From NCBI GenBank assembly GCA_002391545.1, contig DGFF01000011.1:1-51828 (forward strand): a stretch of DNA of 51,828 bases. Reading direction: 5' to 3'. Origin of the DNA: Candidatus Fermentithermobacillaceae bacterium UBA3907 (lineage in GTDB: Bacteria > Bacillota > Sulfobacillia > Fermentithermobacillales > Fermentithermobacillaceae). The position numbers were made by a program, and so were the translations under genes. Positions within the stretch are counted from its first letter, which is position 1. Each line of letters opens with the position of its first letter. Below the pieces are notes generated by a model. The model had not been told where the DNA came from. It made no database searches and saw only the letters and a list, made by a program, of their open reading frames with translations. Below are positions 27,968-37,039 of this stretch, piece by piece.

Positions 27968-28908
27968 GGGATGGCAAAATTCCAGTAATTATTGATTGCG
28001 ATCCAGGCCATGATGATGCAGTAGCCTTAGCATTGGCGTTTGGTAGCGGTCAATTTGATGTTAAAGGAGTTACTACAGTTGCAGGTAACAGCACAGTAGA
28101 TAATACATATGCCAATGCGTTGAAGTTCCTTTCGTTCATTGGTGTTTGTGTAGAGGTAGCAAAGGGTGCGGCGAAGCCTTTGCTCCGCCAGCTAACGGTA
28201 GCCCCTAACGTGCACGGTACAACTGGACTAGACGGGACCGATCTTGGAGATTCGCGTTTGAAGGGCTCGGGTCGTTCCGCAGTTGAGCTTTTGACAGAGA
28301 TTTTGCGTACCTCAAGTGAGAAAATTACCTTGATCCCGACAGGCCCTTTGACCAACATTGCTACGCTTTTTTTAGCCGCACCAGAAGTAAAAGAGAATGT
28401 AGAACAAATAGTACTTATGGGTGGAGCGGCGTTGGAAGGGAACTGGACGCCTGCAGCCGAGTTTAATATTTTTGTAGATCCTGAAGCGGCAAGAATTGTG
28501 TTTGAATCAGGAGTGCCTATAACCATGGTTGGGCTTGACGTTACACACAAAGCCCTTATCTACCCTGATGAAATTGAAGCCCTTCGTAAGCAAGGGCGGA
28601 TAGGTAAAGCCATCGCCGAGCTTATGGACTTTTACGGGATCTTTTACCGCAAGCAGTTTAAGGGTAATCCCGTCCATGATGCAGTGGCAGTGGCTGCTGT
28701 TATGTGCCCAGATATTATCTCTACGCAGCATCTGAACGTTTCTGTAGAAACTTGCGGCGAATTTACCCGAGGGATGACGGTGGTGGATTTTAGAGGGGTT
28801 ACAGGCAAGGACCCCAACTGCAATGTTGCCCTAGGTCTGGACAGAGAATCATTTATCGACCTTATTTTCGATGCGGTTAGAAAGTTAGATGAAAGTGGGG
28901 CAGTCTAG
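27964..28908 (+). CDS. Nucleoside hydrolase, second paralogue
   Basis: VIIDCDPGHDDAVALALAF, EFNIFVDPEAA. AGGAGG SD. ATGA overlap with the permease stop. Confidence 0.9.
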   Translation: MRDGKIPVIIDCDPGHDDAVALALAFGSGQFDVKGVTTVAGNSTVDNTYANALKFLSFIGVCVEVAKGAAKPLLRQLTVAPNVHGTTGLDGTDLGDSRLKGSGRSAVELLTEILRTSSEKITLIPTGPLTNIATLFLAAPEVKENVEQIVLMGGAALEGNWTPAAEFNIFVDPEAARIVFESGVPITMVGLDVTHKALIYPDEIEALRKQGRIGKAIAELMDFYGIFYRKQFKGNPVHDAVAVAAVMCPDIISTQHLNVSVETCGEFTRGMTVVDFRGVTGKDPNCNVALGLDRESFIDLIFDAVRKLDESGAV

Positions 28909-30320
28909 TGTCACGTAGCCTTATCCTTTCAAACAGTAACGTGATACGTTCTGATGGATCGTTACTCTATAGGCACGATATTGTCATACGTGACGGTGTC
29001 ATTCAGAGCGTCCTTCCAAGTACGGAACATGCCGTAAGCGATTGCCATCTTTCATTAGAAGACATGGAAGTCTATGATTGTTCTGGATGTTTTGTAACTT
29101 CTGGTCTCGTTAACCTCCATACACATTCTCCTATGACTGTTTTAAGGGGAATAGCTGAAGACGTTAGCGTAGATCGGTGGTTTAATGAAAAGATCTGGCC
29201 CTTTGAGAGTATCCTTACTCCCGAAGATATTTACGTTGGTGCTAAGTTGGCTATTTATGAAATGTTAGATTGTGGTGTTACGGCGTTTTGCGATCATTAT
29301 TTCTTCGCCGAGAAAATTGTAGACGCTGCTATGGAAGCTGGAATAAGGGCCGATATTGCTCCTACAATCTTTGGCGCGTTGCCAGATTGGCGAGATGACC
29401 TTGATGACGCATCAATTTTGATCAAAAAGGTAAATGATAAAACCGACGGCAGAGTTAAAATGAGTATTGGTCCTCACGCACCTTACACGTGTCCACCAGC
29501 AGTTCTTGCGGCTTGTACCGAAAGAGCTATAGAATTAAAAGTAGGAACACACATACATGTGTCTGAGACGTACGATCAAGTTCAAGAAAGCATAGAACAG
29601 TATGGAAAAACCCCCTTTGTCGTGCTCAAAGAAGTCGGGATGTTGGACATTCCGTGCATTATTGGTCACGGAATATGGATTCAGGAGGAAGAGGTTTTCC
29701 TTTTGGGAGAGGACTCAGTGTTTGCCGTATGCCCGAAAACATATCTTAAGTTATCTTCAGGGTTTGGGAACTTGTACAAATTACAATGGCATTGCCTTTC
29801 TAATCATCATACTCCCGATTCTTACGGGTTTGTGTCTCAATCTGGCGAAGGTTTAACCTCTGAGTCCGGAGGGCAAAGATTAAGAGTTGGGATTGGCACA
29901 GATGGAGCTGGGAGCTCCAACACATTGAATCCTATAGAGCAAGTTAGGCTATATGGTCTTTTGGCCAAGCATCATCTTGGTGATGCATCAGCTTTTCCAT
30001 GCCATGAGTTGTGGCGTATGCTCATGAATGGTTATGCGGTGTTGGACGATAATATTGGTGAAGTAGCACCTACCTACATTGCAGATCTAGTAGTGTGGGA
30101 TTTAGCGACTTGTCATACTTGGCCGGTGTACGACCCATTAGCAGCTATCATTTACTCGGCAGACGCTCGAAATGTAAGAGATGTACTTGTTGAAGGGGAA
30201 TTTAAGAAAAAGGCAGGGAAAGTGCTTATATGTGACGAGGAAGAACTTTTGCAACAGTCTGGCGGAATTAAGGAGAGGCTTTTAGCCGCAGTACCTCAGG
30301 CATCGAAAATAAAATATTGA
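28908..30320 (+). CDS. Amidohydrolase-superfamily deaminase (MtaD / SsnA / guanine-cytosine deaminase-like) with an internal insertion
   Basis: Metal-binding NLHTHSPMTVLRG, HVSET and GTDGAGSSN motifs. 470 aa. GTG start overlaps the previous stop (TAGTG). Confidence 0.8.
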   Translation: MSRSLILSNSNVIRSDGSLLYRHDIVIRDGVIQSVLPSTEHAVSDCHLSLEDMEVYDCSGCFVTSGLVNLHTHSPMTVLRGIAEDVSVDRWFNEKIWPFESILTPEDIYVGAKLAIYEMLDCGVTAFCDHYFFAEKIVDAAMEAGIRADIAPTIFGALPDWRDDLDDASILIKKVNDKTDGRVKMSIGPHAPYTCPPAVLAACTERAIELKVGTHIHVSETYDQVQESIEQYGKTPFVVLKEVGMLDIPCIIGHGIWIQEEEVFLLGEDSVFAVCPKTYLKLSSGFGNLYKLQWHCLSNHHTPDSYGFVSQSGEGLTSESGGQRLRVGIGTDGAGSSNTLNPIEQVRLYGLLAKHHLGDASAFPCHELWRMLMNGYAVLDDNIGEVAPTYIADLVVWDLATCHTWPVYDPLAAIIYSADARNVRDVLVEGEFKKKAGKVLICDEEELLQQSGGIKERLLAAVPQASKIKY

Positions 30321-30348
30321 AGCCAAATGAAAATTGGAGGCGTAAAGC

Positions 30349-31542
30349 ATGGATAAAGATGACATGCGACTTGAAACCAAAGCTACACATGTAGGTCAAG
30401 AACCAGACCCACTAACAGGTTCGATTGTTCCCCCCATTTATCAGACTTCCACTTTTGTGTTTCCTAACGTAGATGAAGGAGCCGCAAGATTTAGAGGAGA
30501 AAAAGATGGCTATATATACACTAGGCTTGGCAACCCTACGATTACAGCACTTGAAAGAAGCGTCAGTGCGCTGGAAAATGGCGAAAAGGGCCTAGCGTTT
30601 GCATCAGGAATGGCGGCCATATCAAGTGTAATAATGGCGATTGTAAGCGCGGGGGATCATATTATCGCCGACAAATGTGTGTATGGTTGTACCTTTGCGT
30701 TTCTTACAGAAATCTTGACTAGATTTGGAGTGAGCGTAGATTTAATCGACTGTTCAGACTTGGAGCAGGTTGAAAAGAGTGTGAAACCTAACACCAGGAT
30801 AATTTATTTTGAGACGCCTGCTAACCCCACATTGAAGATGGTAGATATGGAAGGTGTAGTACGTATTGCTAAGAAGAATGGAATAACAACTGTAGTAGAT
30901 AACACTTTTATGAGTCCAGTGTTCCAAAGACCAATTGAATGGGGAGTGGATGTAGTAGTACACAGTGCTACTAAGTTCTTAGGTGGCCATGGCGACCTTA
31001 TCGCCGGAGTTGCCGTAGGCCGAAAAGAGTTCATGGATCACGTGGCAGAGACCACCCTAAAGGATATAGGCGGGGTTCTTTCTCCGTTTGACGCTTGGCT
31101 TGTGCTTAGGGGCATAAAGACCCTTCCTGTGCGAATGAGGGCGGCCCAAGGGAATGCAATGGTGATAGCGAGGTTTTTAGAGCAGCACCAGGGAGTCGAA
31201 AGGGTGTATTATCCTGGGCTATCTTCCCATCCCCAACACGAACTGGCTAAGAAGCAAATGTATGGATTTGGCAGCATGATCTCTTTTGAACTCAAAGGAG
31301 GTTTCGATGCGGGAAAGAAACTTATGGACTCTGTGGAACTATGCCATCTTGCAGTTAGTTTAGGAGAAACAAGCACTCTTGTGGAACATCCTGCATCTAT
31401 GACCCATTCATCAATGACTCCCGAAGCTAGGGAAGCTGCAGGTATTGCAGATGGACTAGTCAGAATATCTGTTGGGTTAGAGCACGTAGACGACCTTATT
31501 GCAGACCTTAGCCAGGCGCTAAAAAAAGCTACTGGGTTTTAA
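30349..31542 (+). CDS. Cys/Met-metabolism PLP enzyme (methionine gamma-lyase / cystathionine gamma-synthase family)
   Basis: ATHVGQEPDPLTGSIVPPIYQTSTFVF, YTRLGNPT, PLP-lysine block HSATKFLGGHGD. 397 aa. Confidence 0.88.
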   Translation: MDKDDMRLETKATHVGQEPDPLTGSIVPPIYQTSTFVFPNVDEGAARFRGEKDGYIYTRLGNPTITALERSVSALENGEKGLAFASGMAAISSVIMAIVSAGDHIIADKCVYGCTFAFLTEILTRFGVSVDLIDCSDLEQVEKSVKPNTRIIYFETPANPTLKMVDMEGVVRIAKKNGITTVVDNTFMSPVFQRPIEWGVDVVVHSATKFLGGHGDLIAGVAVGRKEFMDHVAETTLKDIGGVLSPFDAWLVLRGIKTLPVRMRAAQGNAMVIARFLEQHQGVERVYYPGLSSHPQHELAKKQMYGFGSMISFELKGGFDAGKKLMDSVELCHLAVSLGETSTLVEHPASMTHSSMTPEAREAAGIADGLVRISVGLEHVDDLIADLSQALKKATGF

Positions 31543-31563
31543 GGCGATCTTACTGTTTATTGA

Positions 31564-31604
31564 AAGATGGTAGAGACGGCAGATGCGGCCTTCTCTACCA
31601 TCTT
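31564..31604. terminator. Hairpin between convergent genes (possible bidirectional terminator)
   Basis: AAGATGGTAGAGA (31564-31576) pairs perfectly with TCTCTACCATCTT (31592-31604), giving 13 bp and a 15-nt loop. The flanking T-runs are weak. Confidence 0.5.
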
Positions 31605-31609
31605 CATAG

Positions 31610-33829
31610 TCAATCTGGAATTTTAATAGCCCATAAAGTTCCCCTACTGTCACCTTGAATCACAAGGTAGGGACCAGTAGAGTCTTTTGTTTGCGGCTCG
31701 ATTTTGATTACCAGCGAGTCTGTGAAAAGAAATGTGTCTCTAACTTTGTAATCTATTTGCTTAGTCCCTATGTGTATTGCGATTGTACCGGTCGACCCAC
31801 CGGTTATGTATATTCCATCCAGGTTAGGCACGCCCGAAAACAAAGTTGGGTATCCTTGAATGCGCCATGGGATATAGCCGTCGTACACGTAATAAGGTGT
31901 AATGCGTCCACCTGTATCGGGAACCAGAATGTGTCTTAGGGATGCGGCAAGTTTAGATTGAGAATGAAGGGGTACACAGGGTTCTAGAAAAGTACGGAAG
32001 TTTACGCTCTTCCAAATTTGGGAGCCGTCGTAAGGGTCGAGGGCATACAGAAAGCTTCCCCCGCTGTGCTTATCAGCTGGGGTTACGGTAAACACGCGTC
32101 CAGAGTGAAGCAGGGAGTTTCCCGCAGGAGAGTAGTATATCTGGCGTCCCAATTTCTTTTTCCAGATTTCCTGGCCGGTCTGGGCATCAAGAGAGTAAAA
32201 TGTATTGTCCCACGCGCCGAAGAAGATCATGCCTAATCCGGTTGAAGGCGTGTTGGTGACTGCGCCTGTGGCTCGATAAATCCATTTTGTGGTTTTTGTA
32301 TCGGCATCTAAGGCATACACTCGACCTGAAGGAGAGCCGACGTATATGAGCGTTTGCGAGGTAGTGCGCCATACTGCAGGGGGCTCAACGAACCCTTCTG
32401 GATCTTGGTGTTGCTTCCATACGAGTGTCCCGTTGTTTTTGTCTAAACAACACATGTCGCCTGATGCAGTGCCAAAGTATAATTCTTCCTCGTTTATAAC
32501 ACCTCCGCACCAGGACGAGCCTGCATCGTATTGCCACAATATGTCTCCAGTTTGGGGGTCAATACAATATACGAAACCGTTTCGTGTCCCTGCAATGATT
32601 CGACCACATGAATCTGAGAGCAATCTACCTGTTAACGCGCTTCCCAGGTCTGTCTTCCAATAGACAAAGTCCTCTGTATCCTTTTCAAACTCGGCAACTT
32701 TGACGTATGGTCCATCGTTACCTGTTGCTTTTAGCCTTAATGTATGAATTCCCGGCGCGTGACAAGATATGTCAACTGAGAATTGATGTGTCCCTGTCTC
32801 AAGATTGCCAAGATCGTTGTATATTCCATCGTCGATTTGAAATTTCAAAGAAGCGGGATCAGAGAGGGAGAAGCGGCACAGAAGTTTTCCATCGCTAATC
32901 GTAGCCTCCAAAGTGCGAATAGGGTTTTTGAAAGAAGAAACGGGTCTTGCTGCAACCTGGCCCAGGAGAGACTCGATGTAGTTCGAGTTTGTGCCAGGTT
33001 TTACGGCGTAAACATCCATCTTTTTCTCGCTTACTTCTACTACACAATAGGCGTTGTCCATAAGAGCGCCTACCATGAAGCATGATTTACCTTGAAACTT
33101 CCACGGTATAAAAGAGTGTCCGTGACCGCAAAAAAGGACCTGTATCGGGTATTTTTCAATTATATCTAGGAACTGATCATCGGCATCCTGGAACCTGTTG
33201 GCTTGGTAAAATATAGGGTGATGGGAAAATATGGCTACCGGCGTGTTTTTAGGTATAGATGATAGATCTGCGTCCAGCCAGGAAAGTATCGATGGGTCCA
33301 CTGTTCCATAGGTTTGCTCAGGGTAAGTTGTATCTAGGACTACGAAGTGCCATCCCATATAGTCAAATGAAAAATTTGAATAACCCAGATAGGTGGCAAA
33401 TTTGGCTGCAAAAGGATCTTGCCACCTAGATTCGTGGTTGCCTGCAGTACCTAGGATCGGGAAAGGTAGTTTTGCTGTAATATTTTTAAAACAATCGTAT
33501 TCTTCCTTCGCACCTGTTTCAGTTATGTCTCCAATATGAATCATAAAAGCAGCGTCTGAATGTTCAGCTGCCATATGTTCGATAGCCAGGCGAGAATTTT
33601 TGTTTCCTTGCGCAGATCCCAAGTGGCTGTCGGCTGCTACTATAAATTTGAAAGATGCTTTTTTCTCCTGATTTTCTGAGGTTGACAGATTTCCCAAGTA
33701 ACCAGGTTTTTGTGGTATGTGATTGGGATGACCTGAAGAAACGGTAGTTGAAGCTAGGACCGTTGCCATAACTAATAGGGCAATCCATAATAACTTGATC
33801 TTATGTGCGTAAGCTTTATTCAAATACAT
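31610..33829 (-). CDS. Secreted calcineurin-like metallophosphoesterase fused to a PQQ-like (BamB-type) beta-propeller
   Basis: It has a signal peptide. Metallophosphoesterase motifs are VAADSHLG, IGDITE, GNHES and GHGH. The C-terminal half carries repeated PQQ-type strings (VYCIDPQTGDILWQY, CCLDKNNGTLVWKQ, VYALDADTKTTKWIY, FYSLDAQTGQEIWKK, LYALDPYDGSQIWKS). Confidence 0.8.
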   Translation of the reverse strand: MYLNKAYAHKIKLLWIALLVMATVLASTTVSSGHPNHIPQKPGYLGNLSTSENQEKKASFKFIVAADSHLGSAQGNKNSRLAIEHMAAEHSDAAFMIHIGDITETGAKEEYDCFKNITAKLPFPILGTAGNHESRWQDPFAAKFATYLGYSNFSFDYMGWHFVVLDTTYPEQTYGTVDPSILSWLDADLSSIPKNTPVAIFSHHPIFYQANRFQDADDQFLDIIEKYPIQVLFCGHGHSFIPWKFQGKSCFMVGALMDNAYCVVEVSEKKMDVYAVKPGTNSNYIESLLGQVAARPVSSFKNPIRTLEATISDGKLLCRFSLSDPASLKFQIDDGIYNDLGNLETGTHQFSVDISCHAPGIHTLRLKATGNDGPYVKVAEFEKDTEDFVYWKTDLGSALTGRLLSDSCGRIIAGTRNGFVYCIDPQTGDILWQYDAGSSWCGGVINEEELYFGTASGDMCCLDKNNGTLVWKQHQDPEGFVEPPAVWRTTSQTLIYVGSPSGRVYALDADTKTTKWIYRATGAVTNTPSTGLGMIFFGAWDNTFYSLDAQTGQEIWKKKLGRQIYYSPAGNSLLHSGRVFTVTPADKHSGGSFLYALDPYDGSQIWKSVNFRTFLEPCVPLHSQSKLAASLRHILVPDTGGRITPYYVYDGYIPWRIQGYPTLFSGVPNLDGIYITGGSTGTIAIHIGTKQIDYKVRDTFLFTDSLVIKIEPQTKDSTGPYLVIQGDSRGTLWAIKIPD

Positions 33830-33908
33830 AAAGTGGAAGCCTCCTTGGATAATTGTGCCACAATAATAAGACGGGTCTTGTAACGCTGGGGTTTCTTCTT
33901 CTCGTGTG

Positions 33909-35051
33909 TTACTTACAATCTATGAGTTCACAATAGACTTGTTCGGTGGATTTTGCCACACTCTCATCTGAGTGACGCTCTAGCACTACTTGTCGACCCA
34001 ACCGAGAAACTGAGTCCATCTTTTCGGGATTGCTCAAAAGATCTTCTATGAAAGCGGATAATACGTCGGGTGTAGAGGGGAAAGGAGCATCAATGCAAAT
34101 ATAGTTTCTTTCTTCAAGGGAATCAATGATATCCTCAGATATAGGTCCAAACGTACCGTTAGGTCCAAATATCACTACAGGCTTACCGGAAGCCATAGAT
34201 TCTAGGGCGACTCTAGACATACCAAGAACGATGTCTGACGCAGCGTATAAAGTAGGAGTGTCTAAAACGAACCCAAGGGGACGTACTACTTCTTTCTGGC
34301 ATTTTGCGTTTATCTCATCAGCTTTAGACCTGACGGAGGACAGTTTAGGACCGTCTCCTGCAATTAGCAGCATGACATTGGGATAATCGTGAAAAAGCCG
34401 AAATACTGCCTCCTGGGCTGTTACTGCTGCTTCAGCCAAATCCCCTTCGATTCTGGATACATAAGAAATGATAGGCCCTCGATGGGGAGGAATATTCAGA
34501 AGTGAACACGCCTTACACTTTTCATCCTGACTAACTGGGTGAAAGAGTGCAACGTCAATACCGTTGGGTATAACTACGATGGAGTCTGGGTGGAACTTAA
34601 ACTTTTCAACGATGTACTGTTTTACGGCTGCGCTTACCGCTATAGTCTTATCGCCAGGCTTAGTGAAAAACATCCATGGGAATCCCGCCTTAAATTGGCC
34701 GTGATATGTAGCTACTAATGGGATTCCCTTTTTACTTGCGACCTTCTCAGAAATCCATATAGGTATCCTGGCATGGGCATGAATTATATCAATATCATGG
34801 GTATCTACGATACGAGATATGATCTTGTACGCCTTTAACATATCTGTAGGCAAACGTGAATTGAGCGGTGCATCAAAATGTGGGATGCCGAACTCTGTGA
34901 GCTCCTTTACCCTCTCGCCACCGCTAGAAGCTACCAATATATTCCAACCTAGGGATCTGAGGCTTTTCGAGAGGCTAATCACGTGGGTTTCTGCACCACC
35001 TATCCCTAAACCCATGGGTAGCATAAGGACTTTCCCCTTCGACGTTGCCAT
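33909..35051 (-). CDS. Glycosyltransferase family 4
   Basis: GIGGAETHVISLSKSL N-terminal motif, C-terminal SRVALESMASGKPVV. Preferred start is ATG 35051 (GGGAGGAAG upstream, 380 aa). The 55-aa N-terminal extension in the ORF track looks non-coding. Confidence 0.85.
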   Translation of the reverse strand: MATSKGKVLMLPMGLGIGGAETHVISLSKSLRSLGWNILVASSGGERVKELTEFGIPHFDAPLNSRLPTDMLKAYKIISRIVDTHDIDIIHAHARIPIWISEKVASKKGIPLVATYHGQFKAGFPWMFFTKPGDKTIAVSAAVKQYIVEKFKFHPDSIVVIPNGIDVALFHPVSQDEKCKACSLLNIPPHRGPIISYVSRIEGDLAEAAVTAQEAVFRLFHDYPNVMLLIAGDGPKLSSVRSKADEINAKCQKEVVRPLGFVLDTPTLYAASDIVLGMSRVALESMASGKPVVIFGPNGTFGPISEDIIDSLEERNYICIDAPFPSTPDVLSAFIEDLLSNPEKMDSVSRLGRQVVLERHSDESVAKSTEQVYCELIDCK

Positions 35052-35254
35052 GTAAAAACCACTTCCTCCCGATATGCACCGTAGGCGGTACCTGAAGTTA
35101 AGATAACGTGAATGCCGGTTCCGGTCAAGAGTAGTATATTTTAAGAGCGAGCACATGTACGGAACTTGAAGGGAAAGTATCCGTCTAAAAAACAGGAAAG
35201 GGCCTAGAAGTTGCATGGGTATTACAGGTGGTCCAGTTTGATGGGGGGGTAATT

Positions 35255-36304
35255 ATGGGAGTAGGGGATGTGCGTTATAAAGTCCTAGTGGTGTCAGCGC
35301 TTATTTTATCTTTGGTGCTTACAGGATGTGGCACAAAAGACCTGGTTTCCCTAGCTGGTCTGGACCAGGCGGACTTGTATGTGGGAGACCGATATGGGAA
35401 CAAAATAAAAATCGACGATCCTCAAGAATTTCTGAAAGCTTTTAAAGCTGCGAAGTTTGTTAAGGATCCTAAGAACGTAAAAAGCGAAACCGAAGCAGAC
35501 TATGTGTTTTATTCGGGTGATAAAAAGATTTACTACGATGCCCAGGGGAAGTACTTAATATTTATAGATAGCGATGGGAAGCATGTTTATTCTGCCGATA
35601 TGGATATATTGCTGGCAGAAATAGAATATCTTCCTCCTGCAGTTTCGGTAGGTTTCGAAAATGAAGAATTGGATCGGTGGATGGAGGATTTGTGTAAAGT
35701 TCAGGAACCTGCCGCCCTGCTTTTCGAAGGCGAACAGGATTGTGTGCTTGTAGTTGTAGCAGGAGAAAAACCTACAAATGGGTATTCCATGAGCCTGGAG
35801 CATGTAACTGTTGAAGAGTCTGGTATCGTTGTTTCTGTTAGATTGGTGCCGCCTCAAGGTCAACAGAGCCAAGTGGTCACTTATCCATATGTAGGTTTTA
35901 CCATTAGCAAAAAGGCAGATTTATCAGTTGAGTTAATAGTCCCTGGAAAAACAGGCGATCAGATTTTTAAGCTTCCTGTAGCTCACGTTTCACCAGATCA
36001 AAGAGTGATATTACTGAAGCCTGCGCAAGGGTCTATTCTTACAGAAAGCGTTAAAATGGCAGGGTTTGCCAGGGTAGGTGAAGACACTCTTATAATCGAG
36101 GTTGAGGATGGCCATAACGTTCTAGGAATTGAGCAAGTCACTGCTTTCCAAGAGGGGGACGGGGAATGGAGATACTTTGAGTTTTGGATGGATTTGGAAG
36201 CAGCTACCAGTCCCTATGGAAGTATAATTTGCGTGACTTATTCTACGCCAGACGGGACTAGGGTCGAAGAGTTGTTAGTACCCGTAGGCTTTGGAGCTAA
36301 GTAG
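35255..36304 (+). CDS. Lipoprotein with PrcB_C-like and Gmad2 Ig-like domains
   Basis: Lipobox LTGCG. VVAGEKPTNGYSMSLEHVTVEESGIVVSVRLVPP is PrcB C-terminal-like. The C-terminal SVKMAGFARVGEDTLIIEVEDGHNVLG is Gmad2-like. ATG 35255 is preferred over GTG 35228. Confidence 0.65.
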   Translation: MGVGDVRYKVLVVSALILSLVLTGCGTKDLVSLAGLDQADLYVGDRYGNKIKIDDPQEFLKAFKAAKFVKDPKNVKSETEADYVFYSGDKKIYYDAQGKYLIFIDSDGKHVYSADMDILLAEIEYLPPAVSVGFENEELDRWMEDLCKVQEPAALLFEGEQDCVLVVVAGEKPTNGYSMSLEHVTVEESGIVVSVRLVPPQGQQSQVVTYPYVGFTISKKADLSVELIVPGKTGDQIFKLPVAHVSPDQRVILLKPAQGSILTESVKMAGFARVGEDTLIIEVEDGHNVLGIEQVTAFQEGDGEWRYFEFWMDLEAATSPYGSIICVTYSTPDGTRVEELLVPVGFGAK

Positions 36305-36347
36305 ATTCTAGATAAAACGTGCAGATAGACAAGGGCACTATAAACTC

Positions 36348-37007
36348 TCAGCCGATTTGAGGGTAATATCGTTTTGACATTAGGGCGTTAACGAGATGTT
36401 GGGGTGTATATATGGGAGCTCTAAAGATGGTAAACGCCCTACCTACATTCTCAGGCGTATGGGCGTCACTTCCTCCTATCGCGCCCAGGCTCTGTTCTCT
36501 GGCAAACGTCCCGAGGATTTCATGAACGATGGGATTGCCCGCCTGCTTACCATTGCAAACTTCAATGGCAGTTAGGTTTTTAAGGTTGGCAACTCTATCG
36601 TCTACGCTTACTATTAAGCCGTTTTGATCGCCTGCGCCACGGGATATATGCCAAGGATGAGCCGGGATGGCTATTCCGCCCAGTTTTGCAACGCGGTCAA
36701 TCAGTTCCTGGGCGTTGCATATTCGGTCTTTCCCCCAATCATCCCATGCCTCATCATCGACTCCATACACAAGCATGTGCCCAGCGTCAGTGGCAAGCTC
36801 AACGCCTCTAAAAATTAGTAAAGGGTATTTATTTTTAAGCTCCTCGAAAGGACGACTAACGTAAAGGCTTCCATGTTCAGTAATACAAATCCCATCTAGG
36901 CCCTTTTCCAATGCGCACTCGATGATCTCCTTGGGTTCTGCCAGAGACTCCCCTGAATATTTAGAATGTACGTGCAAGTCTATTCGAAATTGAGATTTTC
37001 TAGCCAT
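36348..37007 (-). CDS. PHP-domain metal-dependent phosphoesterase
   Basis: IDLHVHSKYSGES, ICITEHG, IPAHP, GGSDAHT histidine/aspartate motifs. 219 aa. Confidence 0.85.
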   Translation of the reverse strand: MARKSQFRIDLHVHSKYSGESLAEPKEIIECALEKGLDGICITEHGSLYVSRPFEELKNKYPLLIFRGVELATDAGHMLVYGVDDEAWDDWGKDRICNAQELIDRVAKLGGIAIPAHPWHISRGAGDQNGLIVSVDDRVANLKNLTAIEVCNGKQAGNPIVHEILGTFAREQSLGAIGGSDAHTPENVGRAFTIFRAPIYTPQHLVNALMSKRYYPQIG

Positions 37008-37039
37008 TGACTTCCCTCGCAGGTCTACATCATCTCATC

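Noticed and set aside
29602-29856. Alternative-frame 84-aa ORF inside the amidohydrolase, as a hint that the insertion region is a frameshifted pseudogene
   Set aside because: The main 470-codon frame is uninterrupted and keeps the downstream GTDG and C-terminal motifs in frame. I call it an in-frame insertion, not a pseudogene.
35052-35216. 55-aa N-terminal extension of the GT4 glycosyltransferase in the ORF track
   Set aside because: The sequence (MQLLGPFLFFRRILSLQVPYMCSLLKY...) is unlike GT4 N-termini. An ATG at 35051 with GGGAGGAAG upstream gives the canonical start just before the GGAETHV motif.
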